Below are positions 52,491 to 61,933 of a DNA stretch of 64,000 bases, piece by piece (position 1 is the stretch's first letter; each line of letters starts with the position of its first letter). Under the pieces are notes generated by a model that did not search any database, was not told the DNA's origin, and saw nothing but the letters and a program-made list of their open reading frames with translations. This DNA is from Tepidiformaceae bacterium (GTDB lineage: Bacteria > Chloroflexota > Dehalococcoidia > Tepidiformales > Tepidiformaceae), in the NCBI GenBank assembly GCA_965202995.1, contig OZ241861.1, positions 483,299 to 547,298 of the forward strand, given 5' to 3'. A program made the translations under genes and the position numbers.

Positions 52491-53329
52491 GTGATCAGCA
52501 GCCCCCGCAGCGTCGGGCGCCACGCCGGACGCCAGCGCCCGTCCGCATCGCGCGCGAACAGCTCGTCGAGGCGCGCGACGATACGCTCCTCCGCGCCCGG
52601 CGCGTCCTCCGCCTCCGCCTCGGCCAGCGCGAAGGCGACCGCCTCGTCCGCGGTCGCGGGCAGGGGACCGCGTTCGGGCCAGTCGAACGGCTCCGGCAGG
52701 AGGAGCACCTCCGGCAGCAGCCCCATGTCCCACAGCACGACCAGCAGCTCGCGGTGGCCGGGCCCGCACGCCTGCTCCACCCCGAAGGCGGCCTCGAAGA
52801 GGCGGGCGTTGCGCGCGGGCGGCGTCGGACTCCACACGTGGACGACGGCGCGGCGCGCGGCGGCGCGGTCGAGTTTATGCAGGAACGCCTCGATCTCGCG
52901 CACGAAGTAGACGACGTCGACGCTGACGGCGACGTCGCCCTCGACCTCCGCGTCGAGCCAGGCTTCGGGCGCGAGCGCGGCGTTGCCGATGCCCGCCTCC
53001 CGCATCAGCTCGAGGAAGGCCTCGCCCATGCCGGGCGCGGGCTCGACGTTCGTGAGCGCGCGGCAGCGCAAGGCCAGCGGCAGCCCGATGCGTCCCGCGC
53101 CGCCGCCCACGTCGATCACGTGGTCGTCCGCGCGCACGAACCCGGCCAGCCGCGCGAGGTTCGGATCGAGCGGACGGCGCGGGTCGAAGCGGTAGGAGGG
53201 AGCGTTGCGGCTCCAGCGGGCCGAATCGAGCGCGTCCAGCCCCAGCTCGCGCCGCTGCGCGTCGACCGCATCGACCAGCTCGCGGTAGCGCTCGGCCGCC
53301 GTCATCGCGCGCACAGGATAGCCCGCCAT
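52472..53329 (-). CDS. class I SAM-dependent methyltransferase
   Basis: ORF-track 52472..53329. SAM motif I is VIDVGGGAGRIGLPLA. ATG 53305 is an alternative start. Confidence 0.75.
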   Translation of the reverse strand: MAGYPVRAMTAAERYRELVDAVDAQRRELGLDALDSARWSRNAPSYRFDPRRPLDPNLARLAGFVRADDHVIDVGGGAGRIGLPLALRCRALTNVEPAPGMGEAFLELMREAGIGNAALAPEAWLDAEVEGDVAVSVDVVYFVREIEAFLHKLDRAAARRAVVHVWSPTPPARNARLFEAAFGVEQACGPGHRELLVVLWDMGLLPEVLLLPEPFDWPERGPLPATADEAVAFALAEAEAEDAPGAEERIVARLDELFARDADGRWRPAWRPTLRGLLITWETAR

Positions 53330-53347
53330 GCGCCCCCGCGCCGCGCG

Positions 53348-54061
53348 TCACGGATCGCGCGCGGGCCGCGCGCGCAACAGGGCGTAGGCGAGCGCCCCCA
53401 GCACGGCCCCCACGATGGGCCCGACCCAGTAGACCCAGTGCGCGGTCCATTCGCCGCTCGCGAGGGCTGGGCCGAACGAGCGCGCGGGATTCATGGAGGC
53501 GTTGGCGATCGGCCCCCAGCCGATGGCGGCGAGCCCCACCCAGGCGCCGACGGCCACGCCCGCGAACGCCCCCTGCGCGCGCTCGTCCGTGGCCACGCCG
53601 AAGACGATGAGCGCGAGGAAGAAGGTGAGCGCGATCTCGGAGAGCAGGGCCGCGTCCACGCCGCCGATGCGCGGGACCGTGGCCCCGGCGTCGCCCGCCT
53701 CCCCGACGATGGCCGCGATGGCCAGCCCCGCGAGCGCTCCGCCCGCCAGCTGCGACGCCGCGTAGGCGAGCGCGCGCGCCGCGCCGATGCGCCCCGTGAC
53801 GAGGAAGGCGACGGTGACGGCGGGGTTGACGTGCGCGCCGGAGACGTGGCCGAGGGCGAGGATGACGGCCGTCACCGCGAGGCCGAAGGCGAGGCCCACG
53901 CCCACGCCCGTGACCGCGCCGCCGCTGGCCGCGTCCACCGCCATCGCGCCCGCGCCCGCGAACACCAGCGCGAAGGTCCCCAGCGCCTCCGCGAGGCAGC
54001 TGGCCAGCGCGCCGCGCCGGTCCGCCAGCCACGCGCGGTCGGCCCCCAGCGGGTCAGGCAT
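53348..54061 (-). CDS. MIP-family channel (aquaporin/glycerol facilitator)
   Basis: ORF-track 53348..54061. Two NPA boxes are present (SGAHVNPAVT and NASMNPARSFGP). Confidence 0.9.
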   Translation of the reverse strand: MPDPLGADRAWLADRRGALASCLAEALGTFALVFAGAGAMAVDAASGGAVTGVGVGLAFGLAVTAVILALGHVSGAHVNPAVTVAFLVTGRIGAARALAYAASQLAGGALAGLAIAAIVGEAGDAGATVPRIGGVDAALLSEIALTFFLALIVFGVATDERAQGAFAGVAVGAWVGLAAIGWGPIANASMNPARSFGPALASGEWTAHWVYWVGPIVGAVLGALAYALLRARPARDP

Positions 54062-54100
54062 CCGCGACGGTTCGCGGGCGCGATGCGGTCGGAGCGCGCG

Positions 54101-55429
54101 TCACGGGATGGATTCGTGGAACCCGTCGGCGACGTGGCCCTCCGCCGCCAGCCGTGCGTACTCCTCGCCGGAGACGCCCAGCAGCTCGCGGTACACGTAT
54201 TCGTTGTCCTGGCCCATGGCCACGGGCGCGCGCCGGATGCCGCCCTCGCACGCGGGCAGGGCGTAGAGCGGCCCCGGACAGGCGTAGCGCCCCCTGCCGT
54301 CGGGCAGGTCGCACTCCTCGTAGAGGCCGCGGGCGCGCACGTGCGCGTCGCCGAGCACACGCCAGCCGGGCAGCACGGGCGCCGCGGGCACGCCCGCCCC
54401 CTGCAGGCGGTGGAAGAGCGCCTCGTCGTCGAACCCGCGCGTCCACTCCCCAATGTGCGCGTCGATGGCGTCGTGGCGCGCGAAGCGGCCCGACGCGCTG
54501 GCCAGCGCCGCGTCGGCGGCCCAGTCGGGGTCGCCCATCGCCGACCGCAGCGCCGCCCACTCGCCGTCGTCCGTCACGGAGATGGCGATCCAGCGGTCGT
54601 CGCCGGGGCCGCCGTCTCCGTCCGGGCGGCAGGGGTAGACGCCGCAGGGCGCGTGGCCGTGGATGGAGCGGTTGCCGGCGGCGCGCTCCACCTCGCCGTT
54701 GAGGCTGTAATCGAGGTAGGCCTGCGCGAACATGGCGGCGGCGTTCTCCGCCTGCGCCAGCTCGATGAGCTGCCCGCGGCCCGTGTTGCGCCGGTGCCAG
54801 AGCGCCATGAGCACGGCCAGCGCGATCTGCGCCCCGCTCGTGTAGTCGGCGGAGAAGATGGCGGACTTGGCGTCCGGCGGCGCGTCCGCGTAGCCGCGCA
54901 GCAGCTGGTGCCCCATCACCCCCTCCAGGTGCGCCCCCAGCGTGCGCGCGTCCGCGTAGTCGCCCGTGAGCCCGTAGCCGGACGCGCGCACGAAGATGAC
55001 GTCCGCGCGCCGCTCCCGCAGCCACTCCCAGGTGACGCCCAGCTTCTCCATCGTGCCCACGGCGCTGTTCTCGATCACCACGTCGGAGCGCGCCACCACG
55101 CGCCCGAGGATGGCCCGCCCCTCGGCGCGGCGCAGGTCCACCGTGAAGCTGCGCTTGTTGCGGAACATGCCCACGAACAGCGAGCAGCAGTTCCACGGGC
55201 GCGGCCCCGGATCGTCGTCGGGGAAGGACGTCGACGCCGGCCAGGCGCGCGCCTCCTCGGGCGTGGGACGCGCCCGCGGCCCGCGCGTGAGCGGCTGCCA
55301 CACGTACTGGTTCTCGGCCTTCAGCACCTCCGCGCCGAGGTCGGCCAGCAGCGCCGTCGAGAAGGAGCCCGCCCACACGCCCGTGAGGTCCACCACGCGC
55401 ACGCCGTCGAGGGGCAGGGGGACGCTCAC
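54101..55429 (-). CDS. CoA-transferase family III (CaiB/BaiF-type)
   Basis: ORF-track 54101..55429. LDGVRVVDLTGVWAGSFSTALLADLGAEVLKAE is typical. Confidence 0.85.
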   Translation of the reverse strand: MSVPLPLDGVRVVDLTGVWAGSFSTALLADLGAEVLKAENQYVWQPLTRGPRARPTPEEARAWPASTSFPDDDPGPRPWNCCSLFVGMFRNKRSFTVDLRRAEGRAILGRVVARSDVVIENSAVGTMEKLGVTWEWLRERRADVIFVRASGYGLTGDYADARTLGAHLEGVMGHQLLRGYADAPPDAKSAIFSADYTSGAQIALAVLMALWHRRNTGRGQLIELAQAENAAAMFAQAYLDYSLNGEVERAAGNRSIHGHAPCGVYPCRPDGDGGPGDDRWIAISVTDDGEWAALRSAMGDPDWAADAALASASGRFARHDAIDAHIGEWTRGFDDEALFHRLQGAGVPAAPVLPGWRVLGDAHVRARGLYEECDLPDGRGRYACPGPLYALPACEGGIRRAPVAMGQDNEYVYRELLGVSGEEYARLAAEGHVADGFHESIP

Positions 55430-55438
55430 GGCCGCAGC

Positions 55439-56356
55439 CTACGCCCCGCCGGAGGCGGGCGCGGCGACCTCCTCGCTGAACCAGGCGAGGTCGTCGAAGT
55501 CGGAGGAGGAGACGGCCAGCTCGGAGACGCCCGCGGCGGCGAAGGCGGCGACCTGTTCGCGCATGTGGTCGGCGTCGCCGTGGAGGACGCCGCGATAGTC
55601 CCAGCGCGTGGCCGTCTCCGCGCGTCCCCAGCCGCGCGCCATGATCGCGATGCCGCCCGCGAGCTCGTCCGCCGCGGCGCGCGTGCGGCCGCGCGCGAGG
55701 ATGACGTCGGCGGTGATGGCGAAGGCGTCGGGATCGCGGCCCGCATCGGCGAGCGCCTCGCGGGCGCGTTCGGCCAGCGCGGCCACCTGCGCGGGGCCGA
55801 GCTGCCAGGTGTTGAGGCCGTCCGCCTCGCGCGCCGCCAGCCGCAGCAGGACGCCATCGCGGTTCAGCCCCACGACGATGGGCGGATGGGGCCGCTGCAC
55901 GGGCTTGGGCAGGAAGGACGCGCCCCCCTCGAGGCGGTAGTGCTCGCCCGCGAACTCCGCCGCCTCTTCCGTCCAGAGCGCCCTGAGCACGCGGATGCCC
56001 TCGCCGAGCTGGCGCACGCGCCCGCGGAAGTCCGGCATCGCGAAGCCATAGGGGGCGAAGTCGGCGTGCTCGTAGCCCGTGCCGATGCCGAGCACGGCGC
56101 GCCCGCCGGAGAGGCGGTCCACGGTGGCCACCTGCTTGGCCAAGCGGAAAGGATGGTGGAAGGGCATGCCCGTGACGTGCGTGCCCAGCCGCAGGCGCTT
56201 CGTGCGTCCCGCCGCCCAGGCGAGCCAGCTCCAGGCGTCGGGCTGCTCGAAGGAGGGGTGATCGACGACGTAGAGGGCGTCGAAGCGGAGCGCGTCCAGC
56301 TCGGCCAGGCGCCTGTCGAGGGCGCCCGCGCCCGTGGCGACGACGCCGAAACGCAT
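55439..56356 (-). CDS. LLM-family flavin/F420-dependent oxidoreductase
   Basis: ATG 56356 shares one nt with the upstream stop. MRFGVVATG... LGIGTGYEHADF is the LLM pattern. It is the C-terminal 305 codons of ORF-track 55439..57466. Confidence 0.8.
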   Translation of the reverse strand: MRFGVVATGAGALDRRLAELDALRFDALYVVDHPSFEQPDAWSWLAWAAGRTKRLRLGTHVTGMPFHHPFRLAKQVATVDRLSGGRAVLGIGTGYEHADFAPYGFAMPDFRGRVRQLGEGIRVLRALWTEEAAEFAGEHYRLEGGASFLPKPVQRPHPPIVVGLNRDGVLLRLAAREADGLNTWQLGPAQVAALAERAREALADAGRDPDAFAITADVILARGRTRAAADELAGGIAIMARGWGRAETATRWDYRGVLHGDADHMREQVAAFAAAGVSELAVSSSDFDDLAWFSEEVAAPASGGA

Positions 56357-57144
56357 CAGTCCGCGGCCTCTCCGGCCAGCAGTTCGAGGTCGTCGATCTT
56401 GCCGAACATGTAGGGCAGGAACGATTCGCCGGGCACGCGCGCGAGGATTTCGCCGCGGGTATAGGTGTCGCCCTCGCTGTAGGTGAGGCCGAGCAGCTCG
56501 CGCACGGGCACGTCGGCGACGGGATCGTGGGGCGCTTCCCGCAGCAGCAGCTCGCCCTCGAGGCGCTCGACGAGGCGCGTGCTCCCCGTGTGCCGCACGC
56601 GCACGAGCACGGGGTCGTTGTCGAAGCCGCAGCCGTCGGGCGCGGGCATGAACTTGAAGTAGAAGCGCGAGGTCTCGCGCGACGGGCCCGCCCGCAGCCG
56701 CTCCACGGCGCGCCCGCGAATCTCGATGTAGGCCACGCCGTATCGCTCGATCGTGCCCGTGATCTCGTCGCCGTCGCGGCGCACGCGGATGTCCGCCACT
56801 TTCTTCGGCTCGCCGTAGAGCTCGCGCCCGAAGACGACGGCGCTGTCCGTGGACATGGGCATGGTGACGGGGTAGTCGCCCACGACGTCGCCGTAGCGGC
56901 AGCGCACGTTGAGGCCGCCCGCGCCGAAGGGCTGGAGCGTGTTGCTGCGCCCGATCCAGGAGACGCCGGCGGAGGCGATGGGCTCGTCCGCCGGTTCGAG
57001 CGGCGGCGGCAGGAGCGCCGCGATCACCTCCGGATCCGTGCGGAAGACGGCGGAGAGGCCGCGGAAGCGCTCGAAGGCGGGCGCGGCGTAGAGCGCCCGC
57101 AGGCGGCGCACCTCGTCGAGGGTCTTCACGTAGCGGAGCTTCAT
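56356..57144 (-). CDS. acetoacetate decarboxylase (ADC)-family protein
   Basis: ORF-track 56356..57144. The size and the pattern FGRELYGEPKK ... YFKFMPAPDG resemble the ADC family. Confidence 0.6.
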   Translation of the reverse strand: MKLRYVKTLDEVRRLRALYAAPAFERFRGLSAVFRTDPEVIAALLPPPLEPADEPIASAGVSWIGRSNTLQPFGAGGLNVRCRYGDVVGDYPVTMPMSTDSAVVFGRELYGEPKKVADIRVRRDGDEITGTIERYGVAYIEIRGRAVERLRAGPSRETSRFYFKFMPAPDGCGFDNDPVLVRVRHTGSTRLVERLEGELLLREAPHDPVADVPVRELLGLTYSEGDTYTRGEILARVPGESFLPYMFGKIDDLELLAGEAAD

Positions 57145-57162
57145 GCGGGGCCTCCTTCGGCG

Positions 57163-57999
57163 TCAGTCCATGCGGGAGCCGCCGTCGACGTTGAGCGCCT
57201 GCCCGGTCATGTAGGAGGCGTCGTCGGAGGCGAGGAAGGCGACGGCGGCGGCCTGCTCCTCGACGGTGGCCTGGCGGCCCATGAGCAGGGCGCGGCGGAT
57301 GGCGGCCTTCGACGTCCCGGGCTCGCGCCCCGCGACCTCGTCGTAGCGCCCGAAGGTGCCGTCCATCATGTCCGTGTCCGTGGAGCCGGGACAGACGACG
57401 TTCACGCGGATGCCGTGTCTGGCCAGTTCGAGCGCGAGCTGCTGCGTGAGGCCGTGCATGGCCCACTTGGTGGCGCAGTAGGCGCCGTAGTCGGGGATGC
57501 CGATGCGCCCCGCCGTGGAGGAGATGTTGACGATGGCGCCGCCGCCCGCCTTCACCATCTCGCGCCCCACTGCGCGGATGACGCGGTAGAGGCCGTGCAG
57601 GTTCACGTCCACCGTGCCGAACCAGTTCTCGTCGGTCATGTCGAGGATGGGCGCGGCCCCGGCATCGCTGGGCAGGGCGGCGTTGTTCACGAGGATGTCG
57701 ATCCTGCCGAATTCGGCCACCGCGGCGTCCACGGCGCGGCCCACGGAGTCGGCGTCGGTCACGTCGCAGTCGAGGGCGAGGGCGCGACGGCCCAGCGCGC
57801 GCACCTCGTCGGCCACGCTGGCGACGCCCTTCCAGCCGCGCTCGCGCTCGTGCGCGGGGAAGGAGGCGGGATCGCGCGGGCGTCCGGTGACGGCCACGTC
57901 GGCGCCGTCGCGCGCGAGGCGCAGGGCGATGGCGCGCCCGATGCCGCGATGGCGCGCCGCGCCCGTGACGAAGGCGGCCCTGCCGTCCAGCCTGCCCAT
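57163..57999 (-). CDS. SDR-family oxidoreductase
   Basis: ORF-track 57163..57999. VTGAARHRGIG, NNAA and YCATKWA are present. Confidence 0.85.
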   Translation of the reverse strand: MGRLDGRAAFVTGAARHRGIGRAIALRLARDGADVAVTGRPRDPASFPAHERERGWKGVASVADEVRALGRRALALDCDVTDADSVGRAVDAAVAEFGRIDILVNNAALPSDAGAAPILDMTDENWFGTVDVNLHGLYRVIRAVGREMVKAGGGAIVNISSTAGRIGIPDYGAYCATKWAMHGLTQQLALELARHGIRVNVVCPGSTDTDMMDGTFGRYDEVAGREPGTSKAAIRRALLMGRQATVEEQAAAVAFLASDDASYMTGQALNVDGGSRMD

Positions 58000-58003
58000 C
58001 GCC

Positions 58004-58483
58004 TCAGGCGCCGGTGATGGCGCCCAGCTCCTCCCACGACATGGCGCGGCGCGCGTTCCAGTGGGCCACCCAGCTGTCGGTCACGCCCTGGTAGCCGTGG
58101 TGGTAGTCCACCTCGAGGGTGACCTTGCCCTCGTCGTTGAATTCGAGGCGCGACATGCCCTCGAAGGTGCGCCAGCGCCCGTAGTTCTCGTCGTTCTCGT
58201 CCATGACCTGGCTGTAGGCCATCCAGAGGATGGCGATGCCGCGGTGGCCCTCGGCGACGTACACCTCCTCGACGGGCACGCGCAGCGTGATGCCCACCTT
58301 GCGCCTGGCCCAGAAGTGGCGGATCTCCTCCTTGCCGCGCATGGCGCCGTCGTGGTTGACGATGTCGCGCATGACGCCGTCGTCGGCGAACCACTCGTCG
58401 GGGCCGTAGGGGTCGCCGCTGCTCCAGCCGCCCTCCTCGAAGAGCTTGCGGCCGGTCTCGATGTCGTTCGGTCCCACGGGCAT
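58004..58483 (-). CDS. SnoaL-like/NTF2-fold protein
   Basis: ORF-track 58004..58483. The size and an alpha+beta cone-like pattern fit the fold. This is a weak assignment made from composition and context. Confidence 0.5.
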   Translation of the reverse strand: MPVGPNDIETGRKLFEEGGWSSGDPYGPDEWFADDGVMRDIVNHDGAMRGKEEIRHFWARRKVGITLRVPVEEVYVAEGHRGIAILWMAYSQVMDENDENYGRWRTFEGMSRLEFNDEGKVTLEVDYHHGYQGVTDSWVAHWNARRAMSWEELGAITGA

Positions 58484-58545
58484 GGCGTTCCCTCCTCCGT
58501 GCGGCGCGCATTCTAGCGGGCCGCGCGGCGCGGCGGGGCGGCTCC

Positions 58546-58812
58546 TCAGCCGCCGCCGATGGCGGGCACGAACTGGATCTCCGCGTCCTCGCCCACGGGC
58601 TGGAGCAGGCCGAGGTGGTTCGTCTCGCCGTCGATGGCCGCCATGATCTCGGGGATGAGGCGCCCGTCCTCGTCGAGCAGGCGCGCCTTCATGCCGGGGA
58701 AGCGGGCGTCGAGGGCGTCGATCACCTGGCGCAGGGTGCGGCCGGGGACGGCGACGGAACGCTCGCCCCCGGTGAGCCCCTCGAGGAGCGACGGGATGAA
58801 GACGGTGGCCAC
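58546..58812 (-). CDS. MoaD/ThiS-family ubiquitin-like sulfur-carrier protein
   Basis: GTG 58812 is in frame with ORF-track 58546..59097. The product is 88 aa and ends ...EIQFVPAIGGG, a C-terminal Gly-Gly. Confidence 0.7.
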   Translation of the reverse strand: MATVFIPSLLEGLTGGERSVAVPGRTLRQVIDALDARFPGMKARLLDEDGRLIPEIMAAIDGETNHLGLLQPVGEDAEIQFVPAIGGG

Positions 58813-58823
58813 GCGCGCGCCCG

Positions 58824-61121
58824 CTAGCCCTCCGGCGGCACCGCCCCCAGCGCCTCGAGCACGTTGGCGGGCGACATGGGCAGGTGCGTCATGCGCACGC
58901 CGGTGGCGTCGCGCACGGCGTTGGCGATGGCCGCCATGGGGGGCACGATGGGCACCTCGCCCACGCCGCGGATGCCGTAGGGATGGCCCGGATTGGGCAC
59001 CTCCACGATCTGCGTGTCGATCATGGGCAGGTCGAGGCTGGTGGGCATGCGGTAGTCGAGGAAGCTGGGGTTGGCCATGGCCCCGTCCTCGCCCCACACG
59101 TACTCCTCGTTCAGCGCCCAGCCGATGCCCTGCACGGCCCCGCCCTGCATCTGCCCCTCCACGTAGGAGGGATGGATGGCCGTGCCCGCGTCCTGGATGA
59201 CGGTGAAGCGCAGGATGTCGACCTTGCCCGTCTCCGGGTCCACCTCCACGTCCACGATGTTGCCGGCGAAGGCGGGGCCCACGCGCGTGGGGTTGGAGCT
59301 GGCGGAGGCGCTGATGGGGCCGCCCGTGCGCAGCTGCTGGCGCGCCACCTCCTTCCAGGAGACGGACTCGCCGCCGGCGGAGAAGGTCCCGTCGGCGAAG
59401 GCCACGTCCTCCGGCTCCGCCTCCAGCAGGATGGCGGCGCGGCGCGTCATCTCGCCCTTCACGTCCTCGGCGGCGGCGATGACGGCGATGCCGGTGGAGA
59501 AGGCGGTGCGGCTGCCGCCGGTCACGCCCGTCCAGCCCACGGAGTCGGTGTCGCCCACGGTGGGCTGCACGTCCTCGGCGCGCAGGCCCAGCGCCTCCGC
59601 CGCCTGCATGGCGAGGGCGGCGCGCATGCCGCCGATGTCCACGGAGCCGGTGACGAGGGCGATGGTGCCGTCGGCGTTCACGGTGACGGTGGCGGAGGAC
59701 TGGTTGCCGCCGTTGAACCAGAAGCCCATGGCCACGCCGCGCCCGCGGTTGGGCCCCTCAATGGGGGCGGAGTAGTGGGGATGGTTGACGATGGCCTCCT
59801 CCACCTCCACGCAGCCGATGGCGGGGAAGGGCACGCCGCTGGGCATGCGGTCGCCCTCGCGCGTGGCGTTGCGCAGGCGGAACTCCATGCGCTCCATGCC
59901 GATCTCCGCGGCGAGCTCGTCGATCACGCTCTCCACGGCGAAGGCCGCCTGCGGCGAGCCCGGCGCGCGGTAGGCCCCCACCTTCGGCTTGTTCACGACC
60001 ACGTCGTAGCCGTCCACGAGCAGGTGCTCGACGTCGTAGGGGGCGAGGGCGGTCATGGCCCCGGCGCCCACGGGCGAGCCCGGGAAGGCCCCCGCCTCGT
60101 AGGCCATCCACAGCTTCGCGGCGGTGATGACGCCGTCCCTCGTGGCCCCGATGCGGGCGCGGATGACCGTGGCGGAGGTGGGCCCCGATGCCTCGAACAC
60201 CTCCGTGCGGCTCATCGTCACCTGCACGGGCCGCCCGCTTTCGCGCGAAAGCAGGGCCGCCACCGGATCGACGTGCACGTAGGTCTTCGCGCCGAAACCG
60301 CCGCCGATCTCCATGGGGATGACGGTCACGCGGCCCTCGGGCACGCCGAGGATGGCGGCCGCCTGCCCGCGGATGCCGAAGGCCCCCTGCGTGCTCGTCC
60401 AGATGGTCACGTGCCCGTCCGGCGCCCAGCGCGCGGTGGAGGTGTGCGGCTCGATGTAGCCCTGGTGCACGGTGCTGGTGGTGAACTCGCGCTCGACGAT
60501 CGCGTCCGCCGCCGCGAAGCCCTCCTCCAGCTCGCCGCGCCGGAACTGCAGGTGGCTGGCGACGTTGCTGTGCACGCCCGTGTCGTCGCCGCGCGTCCAG
60601 CGTTCGGCGATGGAGCGCGTGGTCATGGCCTCGTGCAGCAGGGGGGCGTCCTCGCGCATGGCGTCGAGCGCCGTGAGGACGACGGGCAGGGGCTCGTATT
60701 CGACCTCGATCAGGTCGAGCGCCTCCTCCGCCGCGTGCGGGTTGGCGGCGGCCACGGCGGCCACGGCGTGCCCCTTGTAGAGCACCTTGTCCCGCGCCAG
60801 GCAGTTCTCCGCCAGCATGCGCGCGTTGCCCATCGTCTCGCCGTAGTCGATGAGCGTGTCCCGCACGATGGGCACGTCCGCGCCGGTGACCACGGCCTTC
60901 ACGCCGGGCAGGGCGCGCGCGCGGCTGGCGTCGATGGAGACGATGCGCGCGTGGCCGTGGGGGCTGCGCAGGATCTTGCCGTGGAGCGCGTCCGGCAGGC
61001 GCACGTCGGCGCCGTAGCGCGCGCGGCCCGTCACCTTGTCGACGCCGTCGTGGCGGATGGGGCGGCTCCCGACGACCGTGTAGCCGCTCTTGGGGGCGCT
61101 GCGGTCCGCGATGGTGGTCAT
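58824..61121 (-). CDS. xanthine dehydrogenase/aldehyde oxidase/CoxL-type molybdopterin-binding large subunit
   Basis: ATG 61121 (MTTIADRSAPKSGYTVVGSRPIRHDGVDKVTGRARYGAD...) is in frame with ORF-track 58824..61778, giving 765 aa. The a/b-hammerhead and MoCo-binding domain patterns are present. Confidence 0.88.
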   Translation of the reverse strand: MTTIADRSAPKSGYTVVGSRPIRHDGVDKVTGRARYGADVRLPDALHGKILRSPHGHARIVSIDASRARALPGVKAVVTGADVPIVRDTLIDYGETMGNARMLAENCLARDKVLYKGHAVAAVAAANPHAAEEALDLIEVEYEPLPVVLTALDAMREDAPLLHEAMTTRSIAERWTRGDDTGVHSNVASHLQFRRGELEEGFAAADAIVEREFTTSTVHQGYIEPHTSTARWAPDGHVTIWTSTQGAFGIRGQAAAILGVPEGRVTVIPMEIGGGFGAKTYVHVDPVAALLSRESGRPVQVTMSRTEVFEASGPTSATVIRARIGATRDGVITAAKLWMAYEAGAFPGSPVGAGAMTALAPYDVEHLLVDGYDVVVNKPKVGAYRAPGSPQAAFAVESVIDELAAEIGMERMEFRLRNATREGDRMPSGVPFPAIGCVEVEEAIVNHPHYSAPIEGPNRGRGVAMGFWFNGGNQSSATVTVNADGTIALVTGSVDIGGMRAALAMQAAEALGLRAEDVQPTVGDTDSVGWTGVTGGSRTAFSTGIAVIAAAEDVKGEMTRRAAILLEAEPEDVAFADGTFSAGGESVSWKEVARQQLRTGGPISASASSNPTRVGPAFAGNIVDVEVDPETGKVDILRFTVIQDAGTAIHPSYVEGQMQGGAVQGIGWALNEEYVWGEDGAMANPSFLDYRMPTSLDLPMIDTQIVEVPNPGHPYGIRGVGEVPIVPPMAAIANAVRDATGVRMTHLPMSPANVLEALGAVPPEG

Positions 61122-61211
61122 GCGCGCTGGCCTCCTGCCGTGGTGCGCCCATCCTACGCCATCGCGGCGGCGCGGGATGCGGAGCGCGCCCGCGGGCGGC
61201 ACAATCGCGCC

Positions 61212-61931
61212 ATGGCGGGCGCGCGGACGCGGACGGGGGCCTGGGCGGCGGCGCTCGCCTGCCTGCTGCTGGCCGCCTGCGCGGGCGCGGACGACGGCGG
61301 CACGGCGGACGACGCGCCGGACGCGCGCTCGCTGCTCGAACGGGCGGCGGAGCGCTTCCGCGACGTGCGCGGCTTCCACTTCGTCTACGACTTCGAGGGC
61401 GGCGGCGCGCCCATCGTCTTCGACCTCGTGATGGAGCGCGCCGAGGGCGACGTGGCGCGGCCCGACCGCATGCGCGCCGCCGTGCGCGCCATCGCGCCCC
61501 AGCTGGGCCGCATCCGCGTCGAGGTCGATTTCGTGGGCGTGGGCGACGACTCCTGGATCACCAACCCCTTCAACCGCGAGGAGTGGCGCGCGCTGGACGG
61601 CAACCCCGTGGCCCGCGCCTTCGACCCCGTCGCCGGCATCGACGCCGCCGTGCGCTCCGTCGCCGACCCCGTGGTGACGGGCGCGGAGCGCGTCGGGGGC
61701 GCCGACGTCTGGCGCGTCGAGGGCACGCTCGATTCGGGCGCGCTCGACGCCTTCGTGAGCGACGGCGAGCCCGGCCACGAGGTGCGCGCCGCCGTCTGGA
61801 TCGAGCGCGGGCGCTTCCTCGTGCGGCGCGTGCGCCTCGTGGGGCGGCTGGCGGCGGACGAGCCCGCGGACCTCGTGCGGCGCATCGAGCTGAGCGGCTT
61901 CGACCGCCCCGTCGCCATTGAGCCGCCCTGA
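61212..61931 (+). CDS. LppX/LprAFG-family lipoprotein (LprG-like)
   Basis: ATG 61212 is in frame with ORF-track 58884..61931. It has the lipobox LLLAAC. The size and the pattern FHFVYDFEGG ... WRVEGTLD resemble the LprG-family lipid-binding fold. It is followed by an MFS gene, as in mycobacteria. Confidence 0.6.
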   Translation: MAGARTRTGAWAAALACLLLAACAGADDGGTADDAPDARSLLERAAERFRDVRGFHFVYDFEGGGAPIVFDLVMERAEGDVARPDRMRAAVRAIAPQLGRIRVEVDFVGVGDDSWITNPFNREEWRALDGNPVARAFDPVAGIDAAVRSVADPVVTGAERVGGADVWRVEGTLDSGALDAFVSDGEPGHEVRAAVWIERGRFLVRRVRLVGRLAADEPADLVRRIELSGFDRPVAIEPP

Positions 61932-61933
61932 CG

